A DNA stretch of 64,000 nt from Rhodothermales bacterium (GCA_040904565.1 JBBDTI010000030.1:52976-116975); one strand, 5' to 3'. Counted from the stretch's first letter, positions 29,343-39,808 are shown. The notes: a model not told the origin generated them from the letters alone. Numbers and translations: made by a program.

Positions 29343-32300
29343 CTATTTACTGAGGATCATTTTTGACGTCCGAACAAACGACCCTGCACGAAGACGGTAT
29401 ACGTATACGCCGCTCGAAAGCCTTCCGGCATCGTAGGCTATGCCGTAAACGCCCGCCTGCTGCATCCTGTCGACGAGCAGGTCGACTCGGCGGCCGAAGA
29501 GGTCGAACACTTCGAGACGCACGTGCGCTTCCTGCGGCAGCGAGTACTCGATGGTCGTGATCGGGTTGAAAGGATTCGGGTAGTTTTTCGCCAGTTCGAA
29601 GCGGTCCGGGATGATCTGGTTGCCGAGAATGGGGCGATCGCTCGCGCGGCTGAATGCAAGGATCGGCGTATCAGGGGCGACGATGGCATACTGAACGCTC
29701 GCACGCGGACTTTCCGACGGACCGTCGCCGGTGGGTGTATACGCAGCGTCGGTCGTTAGAACAAGGCGGTCCAGATACACGCCGTCCTCTCTCATCCAGA
29801 CGTTGACAACCCGGAGCCCGGCGGAATCGATTTGAAGCGTAGCCGGTTCCACATCCATCGTCTTGTTGATCCACCGCCACCTCGAAAATTGTGGCCCCAT
29901 CGTCATTCGGTCGGCAGTAGATACCGGTTGACTATCCAGGCCGACGTGCCATGAATCGCTGTCGCCTCCTTCGGCGTAGGCGCGCACCCATACGTAATAC
30001 GTTCCCGTCGTACTGAAATGCACGACGTACTGCAGTTCGGGAGACGTGGTAGCATAGTCCGTATCGATATTGGTCAGTGTGACCGGCTCGGGCCGTACGG
30101 AGCCATTGACGGCACCACCCGGATCTCTAGATATCCAACTATGGTCGTTCCGAGCTATGGTGGTGTCGAAGTGTTCCGCTTCTATCGTGACCTGGCCGTC
30201 TGATTCAGCGAACGCGAGGACTGTCGTTTCGGTTGGCTCCTCTCCTGCAGGTTGATCTGAAACCGGGCGGAGAAGCGTAATCTTTCCGTTGCCGCCGAAC
30301 TCCGAAACATAGATATGGCCGTTGGCGAGGTTCTCCGTAAGGTCGATCGGATCGGTGAGCTGGGTAAATCCGGTGATCCCGACCAAATCGCCATCCGACG
30401 GAATGAGTCCGGTGGAAGCATCCGGTGTGAGAACGATGATGTCGTCTCCACCACTGTAGCGCGCCACGAGCAATTTTCCTTGCAACGCACCGTCGAGCAC
30501 CGCGCTTTGGTACTCGATGACGCCGTTCGGTGAGATATTCCGTCCAAAATTAAACGCGATCCCCTTCCATGCGGCATCCGGAGCCACACCGACGGGATAG
30601 CGATTCACCTGTGCGAGGTCAGTTTGATCGGTCGGATTGCCCCCGTTCAGTGTGTATTCGCCACGCGTGGGGTTGGGATGGCCATAATAGGAATACGCCC
30701 ACGAACCGCCGGATGGCGGCGGCATGACATACAGGTAATCGTTCTGCGTCTCCACGCTGTCTATCGCCGGAACGAACGGTCCGCCGTACGGCTGGCCGTC
30801 CGGCCGCATCGTTCCGGTGACGCTTTCCGGCGCCTTTCCGTTGGCTGCGGATCCGTTCGTGGGCACATACAGCGAACCGTTGGAGTGCCAGACGAGGTCG
30901 TACGCATTTCGGATACCCGTGGCGAATACCTTGACCGGTACACCTGGGGCATACGGATCGTACGATCCATCATCCGTCCGCACATTGAGTGGCAGCGATA
31001 TGAGCGCATTCAATGCCGAGATGTCTATCCGAAGAACGGCCGCCGTAAGTAGTCGTTCGGGTCTGTTGCCCCATGCCTTGTCGGGCGCCCCCATGGCCGT
31101 GTTGCTGCCCTGGCTCACGTACATCGCACCGTCCGGCCCAAAGGCGATGCCGTTCGTGACGTGATCTCGAAGAGATCGCGGAAGGTCGACCACGTAGTCC
31201 TTCACGGCCTCGAGATCTGGTCCGCTCAGCCGGGTGATCTTGCTGCCCCACTCCGGCATTCCGGTAAAGCCAAATGTACTGTGCGAGATCCAGGCGATTA
31301 AGTTGGTGGCCGTCGCGGCGGGGTCAAATGCGAGGCCGATGAGCAGGCGATCTCCCCCCTCGGCGATTCGCAGTGCGTCGAGGGTTTCGCCGTTCGAAAG
31401 GGTACCGTCTGATCGGACCGTCCACCGCCGAATCGGGCCGTGCTGTTCCGCCGCATACAATTTTCCGTCCGGCCCCAACGTCAGGCTCGTGAATTTTCCC
31501 GTCGTACCGGCGAGGGCCACCGGCTCGAATTCGATTGTCGTCGCGGCGTCTCCCGTGGGCGTCGCTCCTGTCGTAAAGCTTATGAGTGTGGAGATGAAGG
31601 ATGCGCCGGCGAGGTCCTTCAAATCCTCGGTGATCTCGAAAACGTAGGGTGTGTTTGCAGCGAGCAGCACCGTGGGCTGTAGCACGATGGCGTCGCCTCC
31701 ACCGCTGGTATTGAGATTTGACGGGATGATGTCCTGCGGCGCGTTGGACGGATAGAGCCTGACGCTGTTCGAGGTGAGGGTGGCCGGATCGATCCCCAGC
31801 CCCTCGTTCGGAAGAAGCACATCCGCGGCGACGAAGCTGTCACGAGGTACGTCCGCCGCACGATCTTCGGGAGCGGTGCCCGTCACGGAAGGGCGCTCCA
31901 GCAGGTAGGGCTTTACGTTTGAGACGAGGTAGATGTTATCCTGATAGCCGAACGTGCCGACCGAAAAATCCATCGCCATTATATACGCGTTCAAAATGGG
32001 CCGTCCGTTTCGCATCCTCGCGGGCCAGAAGCGGACGTGCTGCCCACACGTATCCGGTCCACTGATGCAGTCGTCGTTCGACGTATCGTTCAGCCTCGGA
32101 TTGCTCCACTGATCTTCTTCTATGCGGAAGCCGAAGGCCCCGCCCGCGATGGCGGCCGATGGGGTAAAATTTCCTTTTGCCGGAGTGGCGACACCGCTTC
32201 TACGCGGCACTACGCTCTGGGCGTCTTCGGCTTCGTGGGTGAAGATGGCCGTCGTGTTTATACTTCCCGTATAGTGCCAGCTGATTTGATGCCCCTCCGG

Positions 32301-32939
32301 ATACGCGTGGAATGCGGCGAGCTGCTGAACCGTCACCGGCAATGCGCCTTCAGCCTGCTGCCAGAACGGTGAGAGAATTTCTTCCCCGGTCGCCACTTGC
32401 TTACCATTCGTGTAGAAATCCTCTCCTTCGTAGGCGAGCGCTGTCTTGTAGCCATAGATGTTGATCAACTGCTGCAGGGACGGCTCGTCCCCGTTCTCCG
32501 AGAGCTCCTGCCAGTACCCTCGGAGCTGCACGACAAACGTCGGTTTTTTCGGATCATTCGATGAGACGCTCAGCTTTGCAGAGTGGATGCGTTGTCGGGA
32601 TTGAGCCACAAACGTGAGCGTGACGTCTGCGAAGGAGCCCGGCTCGATCGTGAATGGAACTGGTGGCGCCGCATCGACGACCCAGCTGTTCGCGTGTGAG
32701 CCACCAAGTGCAAGCAACGTGACGATCAGTTCGGAATCTCCTTTGTTGCGTACGCGCACGGTGGCACGATCGTGCACACCGTTCGGAGGCGGTATGCCTG
32801 TTTCACCGATCCGGTTGAATACGAGCCGATTCGGGAACGGGACGCCATCCGGATTCGAAACGATGATGCTTTGCGCGGAGGCACAGGTAGTCGCAAGGAC
32901 GCAAGTGCACGCCAATAAAAAAGATCGCCTTAGGCTCAT
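29343..32939 (-). CDS. Large T9SS protein: Ig-like + conserved domain + Big_5 Ig + glucose/sorbosone-dehydrogenase-like beta-propeller + beta-sandwich + CTD
   Basis: Signal peptide MSLRRSFLLACTCVLATTCASA|Q; LPRSLRDHVTNGIAFGPDG, ATGIRNAYDLVWHSNG; NYPNPF CTD; start uncertain. Confidence 0.85.
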   Translation of the reverse strand: MSLRRSFLLACTCVLATTCASAQSIIVSNPDGVPFPNRLVFNRIGETGIPPPNGVHDRATVRVRNKGDSELIVTLLALGGSHANSWVVDAAPPVPFTIEPGSFADVTLTFVAQSRQRIHSAKLSVSSNDPKKPTFVVQLRGYWQELSENGDEPSLQQLINIYGYKTALAYEGEDFYTNGKQVATGEEILSPFWQQAEGALPVTVQQLAAFHAYPEGHQISWHYTGSINTTAIFTHEAEDAQSVVPRRSGVATPAKGNFTPSAAIAGGAFGFRIEEDQWSNPRLNDTSNDDCISGPDTCGQHVRFWPARMRNGRPILNAYIMAMDFSVGTFGYQDNIYLVSNVKPYLLERPSVTGTAPEDRAADVPRDSFVAADVLLPNEGLGIDPATLTSNSVRLYPSNAPQDIIPSNLNTSGGGDAIVLQPTVLLAANTPYVFEITEDLKDLAGASFISTLISFTTGATPTGDAATTIEFEPVALAGTTGKFTSLTLGPDGKLYAAEQHGPIRRWTVRSDGTLSNGETLDALRIAEGGDRLLIGLAFDPAATATNLIAWISHSTFGFTGMPEWGSKITRLSGPDLEAVKDYVVDLPRSLRDHVTNGIAFGPDGAMYVSQGSNTAMGAPDKAWGNRPERLLTAAVLRIDISALNALISLPLNVRTDDGSYDPYAPGVPVKVFATGIRNAYDLVWHSNGSLYVPTNGSAANGKAPESVTGTMRPDGQPYGGPFVPAIDSVETQNDYLYVMPPPSGGSWAYSYYGHPNPTRGEYTLNGGNPTDQTDLAQVNRYPVGVAPDAAWKGIAFNFGRNISPNGVIEYQSAVLDGALQGKLLVARYSGGDDIIVLTPDASTGLIPSDGDLVGITGFTQLTDPIDLTENLANGHIYVSEFGGNGKITLLRPVSDQPAGEEPTETTVLAFAESDGQVTIEAEHFDTTIARNDHSWISRDPGGAVNGSVRPEPVTLTNIDTDYATTSPELQYVVHFSTTGTYYVWVRAYAEGGDSDSWHVGLDSQPVSTADRMTMGPQFSRWRWINKTMDVEPATLQIDSAGLRVVNVWMREDGVYLDRLVLTTDAAYTPTGDGPSESPRASVQYAIVAPDTPILAFSRASDRPILGNQIIPDRFELAKNYPNPFNPITTIEYSLPQEAHVRLEVFDLFGRRVDLLVDRMQQAGVYGIAYDAGRLSSGVYVYRLRAGSFVRTSKMILSK

Positions 32940-33167
32940 TCTCGTCACGTTCTGTTCGCTCTTCATGCGCCCGCGTGGCCTCTTCATGCTGGCTCTACCT
33001 TTACGCGTCTCGGAGTCGTACCGCCACCACAGCATTACGGAATCCGCGCTTGCGACTTGCTTCGGATCATCCGTCTCCGTTTCCGCACGCCGAATGCTCT
33101 GGGAGGACTCTGCTTTTGAATCGGGCATGCATTTTCTACGCGACTCGTCACCACACCACGAGCTATC

Positions 33168-35063
33168 TTGCATCTTCCGGGCAGAATGTTGAAAGTGAAG
33201 AAGCGAAGTCTCGCCGTCTCGTTCACACGAGGCGGATGGGCGGAGACGGATGACCCATCGACATCTTCAGATCTAGGCGAAAATCACGACCAAGCACTCC
33301 GCTGGCGCCGCACGATCAGCGGGAAGGCAGCGTGGTGGTTCGCAGGACTGGCATTGTTCGCCGTTCTCGCAGCTGCAGCCGTGGCGACTACCCAGTGGCA
33401 TCATGTGGCATTCAGTCTCGTCGCGCCCGCGAACGGATCCGTGGGCGTCAATCGTGATATCGAGATCGAAGCGCGGATCCACCATCGATGGACGGGTGAG
33501 GGGTTGGATGTGGGATCCGTCAATTCGTCTAACGTCAGGCTGTATCCGGCCGGTCAACCTGCCAGCGTGGTTGAGGTCGACATGCTGGTCGATGAAGAGG
33601 AAAGTGCGATTCGATTGCGTCCTCACCGTCTTCTCGCAGCGAATACGCCCTACGTCTTCGAAGTGACCGACGATGTCGTGGACCAATCAGAACGAGCAGC
33701 AGCGTTCCATAGAAGCACATTTCGGACGGGTTCGTTGCCCACGGGAGCGCTCCCGAACGTCGCTTTCTCGAAAGAGAGACTTTCGGGCACGGACGGACAG
33801 CACACCACGTTGACGGTTGGCCCGGACGGCAAACTATACGCTGCCGGGATTAACGGAATGATCCGCCGATGGACGATCGACGGAGACGGCACCGTGCGAG
33901 ATACGGAGGCTATTCCGACGCTATGGTTGCACGAAGGAATGATGCGCCTGCTAATAGGATTGACCTTCGACCCGTCATCAACGGCTGACAGCCTCATCGC
34001 CTGGGTCAGCCATACGACGTCCGGCTATGAGGACATGCCGGATTGGGGGGGTAAAATTACTCGTCTCTCCGGACCGAATTTGGAGAACGCGGAAGATTAC
34101 GTCGCGCAGCTCCCGCGGTCTACCCGCGACCACGTCACGAACAGTCTCGTCTTCGGACCGGATGGTGCTCTTTACGTTCTTCAGGGCGGCAACACGTCGA
34201 TCGGCGATGTGGACGCGGATTGGGGGAACCGACCGGAGCGGATGCTCAGCGCCGCGGTCCTGCGCGTCGACGTCGACGCGCTCGCATCGGGTACGGAACG
34301 GCCGCTTGATGCGAAGACCGAAGATGGCGGCACCTACGATCCTTTGGATCCGACAGCACCCCTAAGGATCTATGCGTCGGGAATTCGGAATGCGTACGAT
34401 GCCGTGTGGCATAGCAATGGGTACCTCTATGTGCCCAACAATGGCGGGGCGAAGGGCGGCCGAACGCCGGAGGCGGTTGGTGGTACGCTTCGACCGGACG
34501 GCAGGCCGTATGTGGGTCCATCCGTTCCCTCCATCTCGAATATCCTGGTCGAGGATGACGTTCTCTATCGAGTTCCACCCATGTCCGAAGATGGACAAAT
34601 CCGCTACCGGTATTATGGGCATCCGAATCCGATTCGAGGCGAATACGTCTTGGATGGCGGCAACCCAACCGCCGGCCTGGACCGGGGTGAAGTAGATTTG
34701 TATCCTGTCGGCGTTGAGCCGGATGAGGACTGGGAGGGCTTCGTCTACAACTTCGGAACGCATACCTCACCAACAGGCGTGATCGAATATCATGGCGATG
34801 CCTTCAACGGAGCGCTGTCAGGACACTTGATCATCGCATTCTATGGCGGTCGTGCGAGCGGCAATCTGATCGTTTTGCGCCCGGATTCGGACGGTGGAAT
34901 CGTTGCGTGGGACGACGTTCTTGGCATTCCGGGATTGACGGGCTTTGACAACGCGCTCGACATCACTGAGGATGTCAGAACGGGCTTTCTCTACGTTTCC
35001 CAGATGGGCGACGGAGGCGGCATCATGCTCTTACGTCCGATCGAAGCGATGGGCCAAGAGTGA
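33168..35063 (+). CDS. Big_5 + GSDH-like beta-propeller protein, paralog of the core of 29343-32939, lacking a CTD
   Basis: LPRSTRDHVTNSLVFGPDG, ASGIRNAYDAVWHSNG, YYGHPNP.RGEY.L.GGNPT; N-terminal hydrophobic segment; start uncertain. Confidence 0.8.
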   Translation: MHLPGRMLKVKKRSLAVSFTRGGWAETDDPSTSSDLGENHDQALRWRRTISGKAAWWFAGLALFAVLAAAAVATTQWHHVAFSLVAPANGSVGVNRDIEIEARIHHRWTGEGLDVGSVNSSNVRLYPAGQPASVVEVDMLVDEEESAIRLRPHRLLAANTPYVFEVTDDVVDQSERAAAFHRSTFRTGSLPTGALPNVAFSKERLSGTDGQHTTLTVGPDGKLYAAGINGMIRRWTIDGDGTVRDTEAIPTLWLHEGMMRLLIGLTFDPSSTADSLIAWVSHTTSGYEDMPDWGGKITRLSGPNLENAEDYVAQLPRSTRDHVTNSLVFGPDGALYVLQGGNTSIGDVDADWGNRPERMLSAAVLRVDVDALASGTERPLDAKTEDGGTYDPLDPTAPLRIYASGIRNAYDAVWHSNGYLYVPNNGGAKGGRTPEAVGGTLRPDGRPYVGPSVPSISNILVEDDVLYRVPPMSEDGQIRYRYYGHPNPIRGEYVLDGGNPTAGLDRGEVDLYPVGVEPDEDWEGFVYNFGTHTSPTGVIEYHGDAFNGALSGHLIIAFYGGRASGNLIVLRPDSDGGIVAWDDVLGIPGLTGFDNALDITEDVRTGFLYVSQMGDGGGIMLLRPIEAMGQE

Positions 35064-35200
35064 TCTCCCCCCCAGGAAAAACGGACCCAACCTGATCTGA
35101 ACCGCCCCGGGTTTGCCCGAGACGCCAACATGTGAGAACTTGGAGTCATGGGCAGATTTCAACGGTACGCTCCCGAGGTCCACGATCTGGGGGTGCAACA
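35061..35200 (+). mobile_element. IS3-family relic: one or two IR-like ends plus the first codons of orfA
   Basis: TGATCTCCCCCCCAGGAAAAACGGAC (35061) and TGAACCGCCCCGGGTTTGCCCGAGAC (35098), then ATG 35148 MGRFQRYAPEVHDLGVQ, resembling the IS3 OrfA start RYxPEVRERAV. Confidence 0.6.
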
Positions 35201-35260
35201 TCCCTTTATGGGCTACACACAACGGCTTGCCGAGGGTATGACGACAACCGGACCCGAATC

Positions 35261-36058
35261 ATGAGCGACCCCTTCGTCCCACACGTCGGCGGAATTCTCA
35301 GCGCCGACATCGCCGTTCCCGAACACGAACGCGAGGTGCGCTTCTAAGCGCGTGTACTCAGCACGGGCGAGCATCCTCTCTGGCGGGAGGACCTGACGAA
35401 CAACATCGGGATGCCGATCATCGGAGTGGGCGCACGCAGCTCCGAATATGCCCACCTTCCGCTCCAGTGGATGCCCCACGTTCAGGTCACCGACGTCGCA
35501 GTCAGTGTGGAGCGTGCGCTCGATCTGGGCGGCAGCGAGCTGATGCATTCCAAAAACGATGGTGGAGAGAGCCAGTGGGCCGTCCTACTCGATCCGAATG
35601 GGGCGGCGTTCGGGATTATCCCGGTCGTGCCCGCGGAGGCGATCCCCCCGGCGGATGGCTACGCGTCGAACGACGCGTCGGCGCGGGTGGGTCGTGTCGC
35701 CTGGATCAACCTGACCGTCTCCAACGCTTCCGCAACCCGGGACTTTTATCGACAGGTCGTTGGCTGGTCGGTGGAGGCGGTCGAGATGGCGGACGCAGGA
35801 TAGGTCTACGCCGACTACAATATGCTGGGAGAGGATGGAAATCCCGCGGCGGGCGTCTGCCACGCGCGCGGAGCGAACGAGGATCTGCCGCCTGTCTGGA
35901 TGATCTACCTCCCCGTGGCTGATATCACCGAAAGCCTCCGCCGAGTGGAGGAGCAAGGGGGTAAGATCGTCAAGGAGGCTCGGGGGAAAGATGGGGAGTA
36001 CGCATATGCGGTGGTCCAGGACCTCGCCGGAGCGTACCTGGCGTTGTCGCCCGGGTGA
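35261..36058 (+). pseudogene. Two-domain VOC/glyoxalase gene with two in-frame nonsense codons
   Basis: One reading frame from MSDPF to LALSPG*, interrupted by TAA 35345 and TAG 35801; motifs WMPHVQV.DV, LDPNGAAFG, RDFYRQVVGW, WMIYLPVAD. Confidence 0.85.
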
Positions 36059-36219
36059 CGAGGTGCTTGCCCTCCGGCCAACTCCAGGCTACGACGGAGT
36101 GGGAAATCGGCTGAACACGTAGCCGAGCCCGGAAAAACGGTCCTGAACCTCGCTATTCCCGCCCGTATACCCTGCAACAGCTTCGGCGCTAGCCGTCACG
36201 TCGTCAAAACGTCAATACG

Positions 36220-37338
36220 TCACGACGTCTCCACACGCTCTTTATCTGCCGTACAGGGAATGGTAAACGAGAAGGTGCTCCCTTCGCCCACTGTGCTCTC
36301 CGCCCAGATCCTGCCGCCGTGAGCTTCAACGATGTACCTGGAGATGTATAGGCCGAGGCCCAGGCCTTTCTGATCGTTCTGGTCGACCTGCCAGAACCGC
36401 TCAAAGACGGCCGTCAGCATGTCGTCGCGAATACCGCATCCCGTGTCGCTGACGGAAACCAGGACCTCATCGCCGGCGAGTTCGCCACGCACCCGGATAC
36501 TGCCGCCCTTAAACGAGAACGTGATGGCGTTCGTGATGAGATTGGCCAGCACCTGAAGCATCCGGTCGTAATCGAATTGCGCCGGGATGTATTGCTGGGT
36601 CATCTCCGCTTTAAGAGTGATCCCCTTCGCCAATGCGGGAGCCTCGAACATCTCCACGGCCTCGGCGATGAGTTTTGCCGCATCTGCCTGTTCCGGCACC
36701 ACCCGAAGTTTACCGGCATTGATGCGCGTGACGTCAACCAGGTCCCCGATGAGCCGGTTCATACGGGCCGTGAAGCGTTCGATTCGGTTCGTTTCGACGA
36801 GGATCTTCTTTCCTTCCTCATTGCTCGTGACGCGCCTGGCGATATTCCTGACGCTCATCGCGATTCCGCCAAGGAGGTTGCGCAGATCGTGGCTCGCAAT
36901 GCCCATAAAGTCGTCGCGATTAGAAAGGGCGTCATCGGAACGAGCGCGCTCGATCAGGAGATTCCTGTCGGTCTTGCTCCTTTCGAGCGGCAGCAGCGTT
37001 TTGAGCGCGCGCGCAACCTCTTCGCGTTCGCGCCGAAGGCTCTCGTCTGCAAAGGCGCGCTCATCCTGGAGGGCTTCGTCTTCAAGCTCTCGGGCTTCGA
37101 CGACGGCGGCGTTCGACTCTTTTCCCTGCCCTGTTCCCGCCTGTTTCTTGTCCGCCCTGTCGCGCGCGGCGTTTACGTTAGCATCCGATTCCTCCCGGGA
37201 ATGACGAACCCATTCATCGGCGTCGTCTTCGACGACCTGCTGCTCCTCGATCACGCGATCCACCTTTTCACGTTCACTACGGAGGCTTTCGTCCGTACGC
37301 TCACGGACTTCCGAGGCGTTTTTCTCTTCGTCAGCCAT
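36220..37338 (-). CDS. Orphan cytoplasmic histidine kinase with a coiled-coil N-terminus
   Basis: H-box ASHDLRN, N-box NLITNA, DTGCGI, GLGLGLYI, GEGSTF; no TM segment. Confidence 0.88.
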   Translation of the reverse strand: MADEEKNASEVRERTDESLRSEREKVDRVIEEQQVVEDDADEWVRHSREESDANVNAARDRADKKQAGTGQGKESNAAVVEARELEDEALQDERAFADESLRREREEVARALKTLLPLERSKTDRNLLIERARSDDALSNRDDFMGIASHDLRNLLGGIAMSVRNIARRVTSNEEGKKILVETNRIERFTARMNRLIGDLVDVTRINAGKLRVVPEQADAAKLIAEAVEMFEAPALAKGITLKAEMTQQYIPAQFDYDRMLQVLANLITNAITFSFKGGSIRVRGELAGDEVLVSVSDTGCGIRDDMLTAVFERFWQVDQNDQKGLGLGLYISRYIVEAHGGRIWAESTVGEGSTFSFTIPCTADKERVETS

Positions 37339-37579
37339 ACGAAATCTCGTCTCTGCGCACCAATGCACACTCTGATAACCGGTGATCGCCGCTGTATCCG
37401 TGTCATCCCAGTTATGGCTGAGAACTAACGCAGCCAGCAATTTTCAGGATTGAAGATACCACCCACCCAATTGTTTCGGCGCCGCAAGTGTTTTGAACCG
37501 TACTTAGTATCGGTTGATTTTACAGGATAGAAGGGACTGACAATAAAGAGCTTGCAGAAAATCTTTCGATCATCGAGCC

Positions 37580-39805
37580 CTACGCCAGCGCGGCCGATAC
37601 CCGCTCCGGCGTGAACGGAATACGGCGAAGGCGCACGCCGGTCAGGGCGGCGAACGCATTGGCTACGGCGCCGCCTACGAGTGGGAGGCTTGATTCACCC
37701 AGTCCGGAGGGATGCTCCTCGGACGCCACGAAGCGCACGTCAACCTCGGGCATGCCGGACATCCGCAGTACGGGATAGTCGGTAAAGTTCGACTGTTGCA
37801 CCCGGCCGTTCTTGAAGGTGACGCTCTCGTACAGGATGCTGCTCAAACCGTGCGCGATGCCGCCCTCGATCTGCGCCAGCGCGCTGTCGGGCTGCACGAT
37901 GATGCCCCCATCGAGGGCGACCCAGAACCGGTGCACGCGGATCCGTCCGGACGAGCGGTCCACCGAGATTTCTGCCACGCCGGCCCCCAGCGAGCCGCTC
38001 TGCTCGGCGAACGCGATGCCGCGGGCGCGTCCGTCCGGCACGGCGCTGCCCCAGTCGGCCATCTCCGCGACGGTGTCCAGCACCGTGCGGGCGCGCGGCG
38101 CCCGCTGCATCAAACGGCGGCGGAAGTCGTAGGGATCTGCGCCCTGATCCGCGGCGATCTCGTCGAGGAAGGCCTCGATGGCGAACTTGTTGAATCCGTG
38201 TCCGACCGAGCGCCAGTAGTGAAGCCGCACGCCCGTGTCGACCGCGCAGCGCTCGATGGCCTGGTTCGGGATGTCGTAGAACGGGATCTCGATGCCGGAA
38301 GTGAGGAGTCCACCGCCGTCCCCGACAATGCAGTGCCGCCACGCTGTTACGTTGCCGTCGTCGTCGACGCCGGCCCAGAGGCGCTGCAGGTTCATCGGCC
38401 TGAACATCCCATAATGCAGGTCGTCCTCCCGCGTCCAGATCAGCTTGACGGGGCGGCGCACTTCGCGCGAGAGTCGCACGGCCTCCACCACGAAATCCGA
38501 ATTCGACCGGCGGCCGAAACCGCCGCCCAGGAGACGCCGGTGGATCGTCACGGCCGACTCGTCGACGCCGGCGATGCGCGCCGCCTCGCTCTTTACATCC
38601 TCGGGCGACTGCGTGCCGACCCAGATTTCGACGCCGTCGTCGCGCACGGACGCCACGGCGTTGAGCGGCTCCATCTGCGCGTGATAGACGTGATCGCTGA
38701 GAAAATCGGCTTCGTATCGCTTCGCGGCTTCGTCGAGTGCGGCCGTGGCGTCGCCCTGCCGGTTGACCGCCTCGGCCAGTTCCTCCCGGCCGGCCATGTC
38801 GGCGTACTCGGCGAGCCTGGCCTCACTGTCGAATTGCTCGGCCGGCGCACCCGGCTCCCAGTTAATCTCCAGCGCCTCGCGCGCCTTCATCACGTCCTCG
38901 ATCGATTCAGCAATGATGCCGACCCCGTGATCCAGGCGGGCGGTCGTCGTCACACCGGGCATCGCGCGTATCGCGGCTTCGTTGTAGGAGGCGGGCGTGC
39001 CGTAGTGCACGGGCGAGCGGGTCACCATGCCGTAGACCATCCCGTCGACGTGTTCGTCGATGGCGAATCGCGCGCTGCCGTCCGTCTTGGCGGGGATGTC
39101 GATGCGGGGGACTGAGCGTCCGATCAGGCGGAAGTCCTGCGGCGATTTCAGAAGCGTCTCGGAAACGTCCGGCATCTCGGTCGGCACTTCCGCGAAGGCG
39201 GCGATCTCGCCGTACGTCAGCCGGCGGCCGCTGGGCGTGTGGATCACCACGCTCGGTTCGGTCGTCAGCTCGTTGATCGGGACGTCAAGCCGGCGCGCGG
39301 CATCTTCCAGCAACACACGACGAATCTGCGCGCCCACGAGGCGGAGCTGCGTGAAATATGAGTTCACCGTTCGGCTTCCGACGGTCATCATGCTCCTCGA
39401 GCCGCCCCAGGCCGGACTGCCGTAGACGTCGCCGTCGACGGGAGCGTCGTCTACGCGGACATCCGCCCAGTCGGCGTCCATCTCTTCGGCGATCAAGACG
39501 GGCAGGGCGGTCTTGGAGCCCTGCCCCATTTCGGCGGCCGGATTCAGAATGAGAATGCCGCCGTCCGCGTCGATGGTGACCCACGCGCCGACACCTGTCG
39601 ACGATTGCGGTGGCATATAGCTGGTGGCCGTCTGCGCGACGGCCCGCATGCCGGTACGTCCGGCGACGACCGCAAAGGCGAGTCCGGTGCCTGCCGTCCT
39701 CAAAAAGTCACGCCGGGAATAGCCGGCGGCATCTTGCCGTGTCGCGGATACGTCGCGGCCGGCACGTCCCGCCGATTCCCGATTCTTTTCTCCAATGGTC
39801 GGCAT
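37580..39805 (-). CDS. iorB: Xanthine-dehydrogenase-family molybdopterin subunit (isoquinoline 1-oxidoreductase beta-like), Tat-exported
   Basis: SRRDFLR Tat motif, EMGQG, HAQMEP, LGGGFGRR, WRSVG, AQIEGG, GLGE...VANA. Confidence 0.88.
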   Translation of the reverse strand: MPTIGEKNRESAGRAGRDVSATRQDAAGYSRRDFLRTAGTGLAFAVVAGRTGMRAVAQTATSYMPPQSSTGVGAWVTIDADGGILILNPAAEMGQGSKTALPVLIAEEMDADWADVRVDDAPVDGDVYGSPAWGGSRSMMTVGSRTVNSYFTQLRLVGAQIRRVLLEDAARRLDVPINELTTEPSVVIHTPSGRRLTYGEIAAFAEVPTEMPDVSETLLKSPQDFRLIGRSVPRIDIPAKTDGSARFAIDEHVDGMVYGMVTRSPVHYGTPASYNEAAIRAMPGVTTTARLDHGVGIIAESIEDVMKAREALEINWEPGAPAEQFDSEARLAEYADMAGREELAEAVNRQGDATAALDEAAKRYEADFLSDHVYHAQMEPLNAVASVRDDGVEIWVGTQSPEDVKSEAARIAGVDESAVTIHRRLLGGGFGRRSNSDFVVEAVRLSREVRRPVKLIWTREDDLHYGMFRPMNLQRLWAGVDDDGNVTAWRHCIVGDGGGLLTSGIEIPFYDIPNQAIERCAVDTGVRLHYWRSVGHGFNKFAIEAFLDEIAADQGADPYDFRRRLMQRAPRARTVLDTVAEMADWGSAVPDGRARGIAFAEQSGSLGAGVAEISVDRSSGRIRVHRFWVALDGGIIVQPDSALAQIEGGIAHGLSSILYESVTFKNGRVQQSNFTDYPVLRMSGMPEVDVRFVASEEHPSGLGESSLPLVGGAVANAFAALTGVRLRRIPFTPERVSAALA

Positions 39806-39808
39806 GGC

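Noticed and set aside
37712-39115. Long antisense ORFs (also 44168-45307, 51686-52843, 57627-58910, 62139-63101)
   Set aside because: These are shadows of GC-rich real genes on the opposite strand, with no recognisable motifs.
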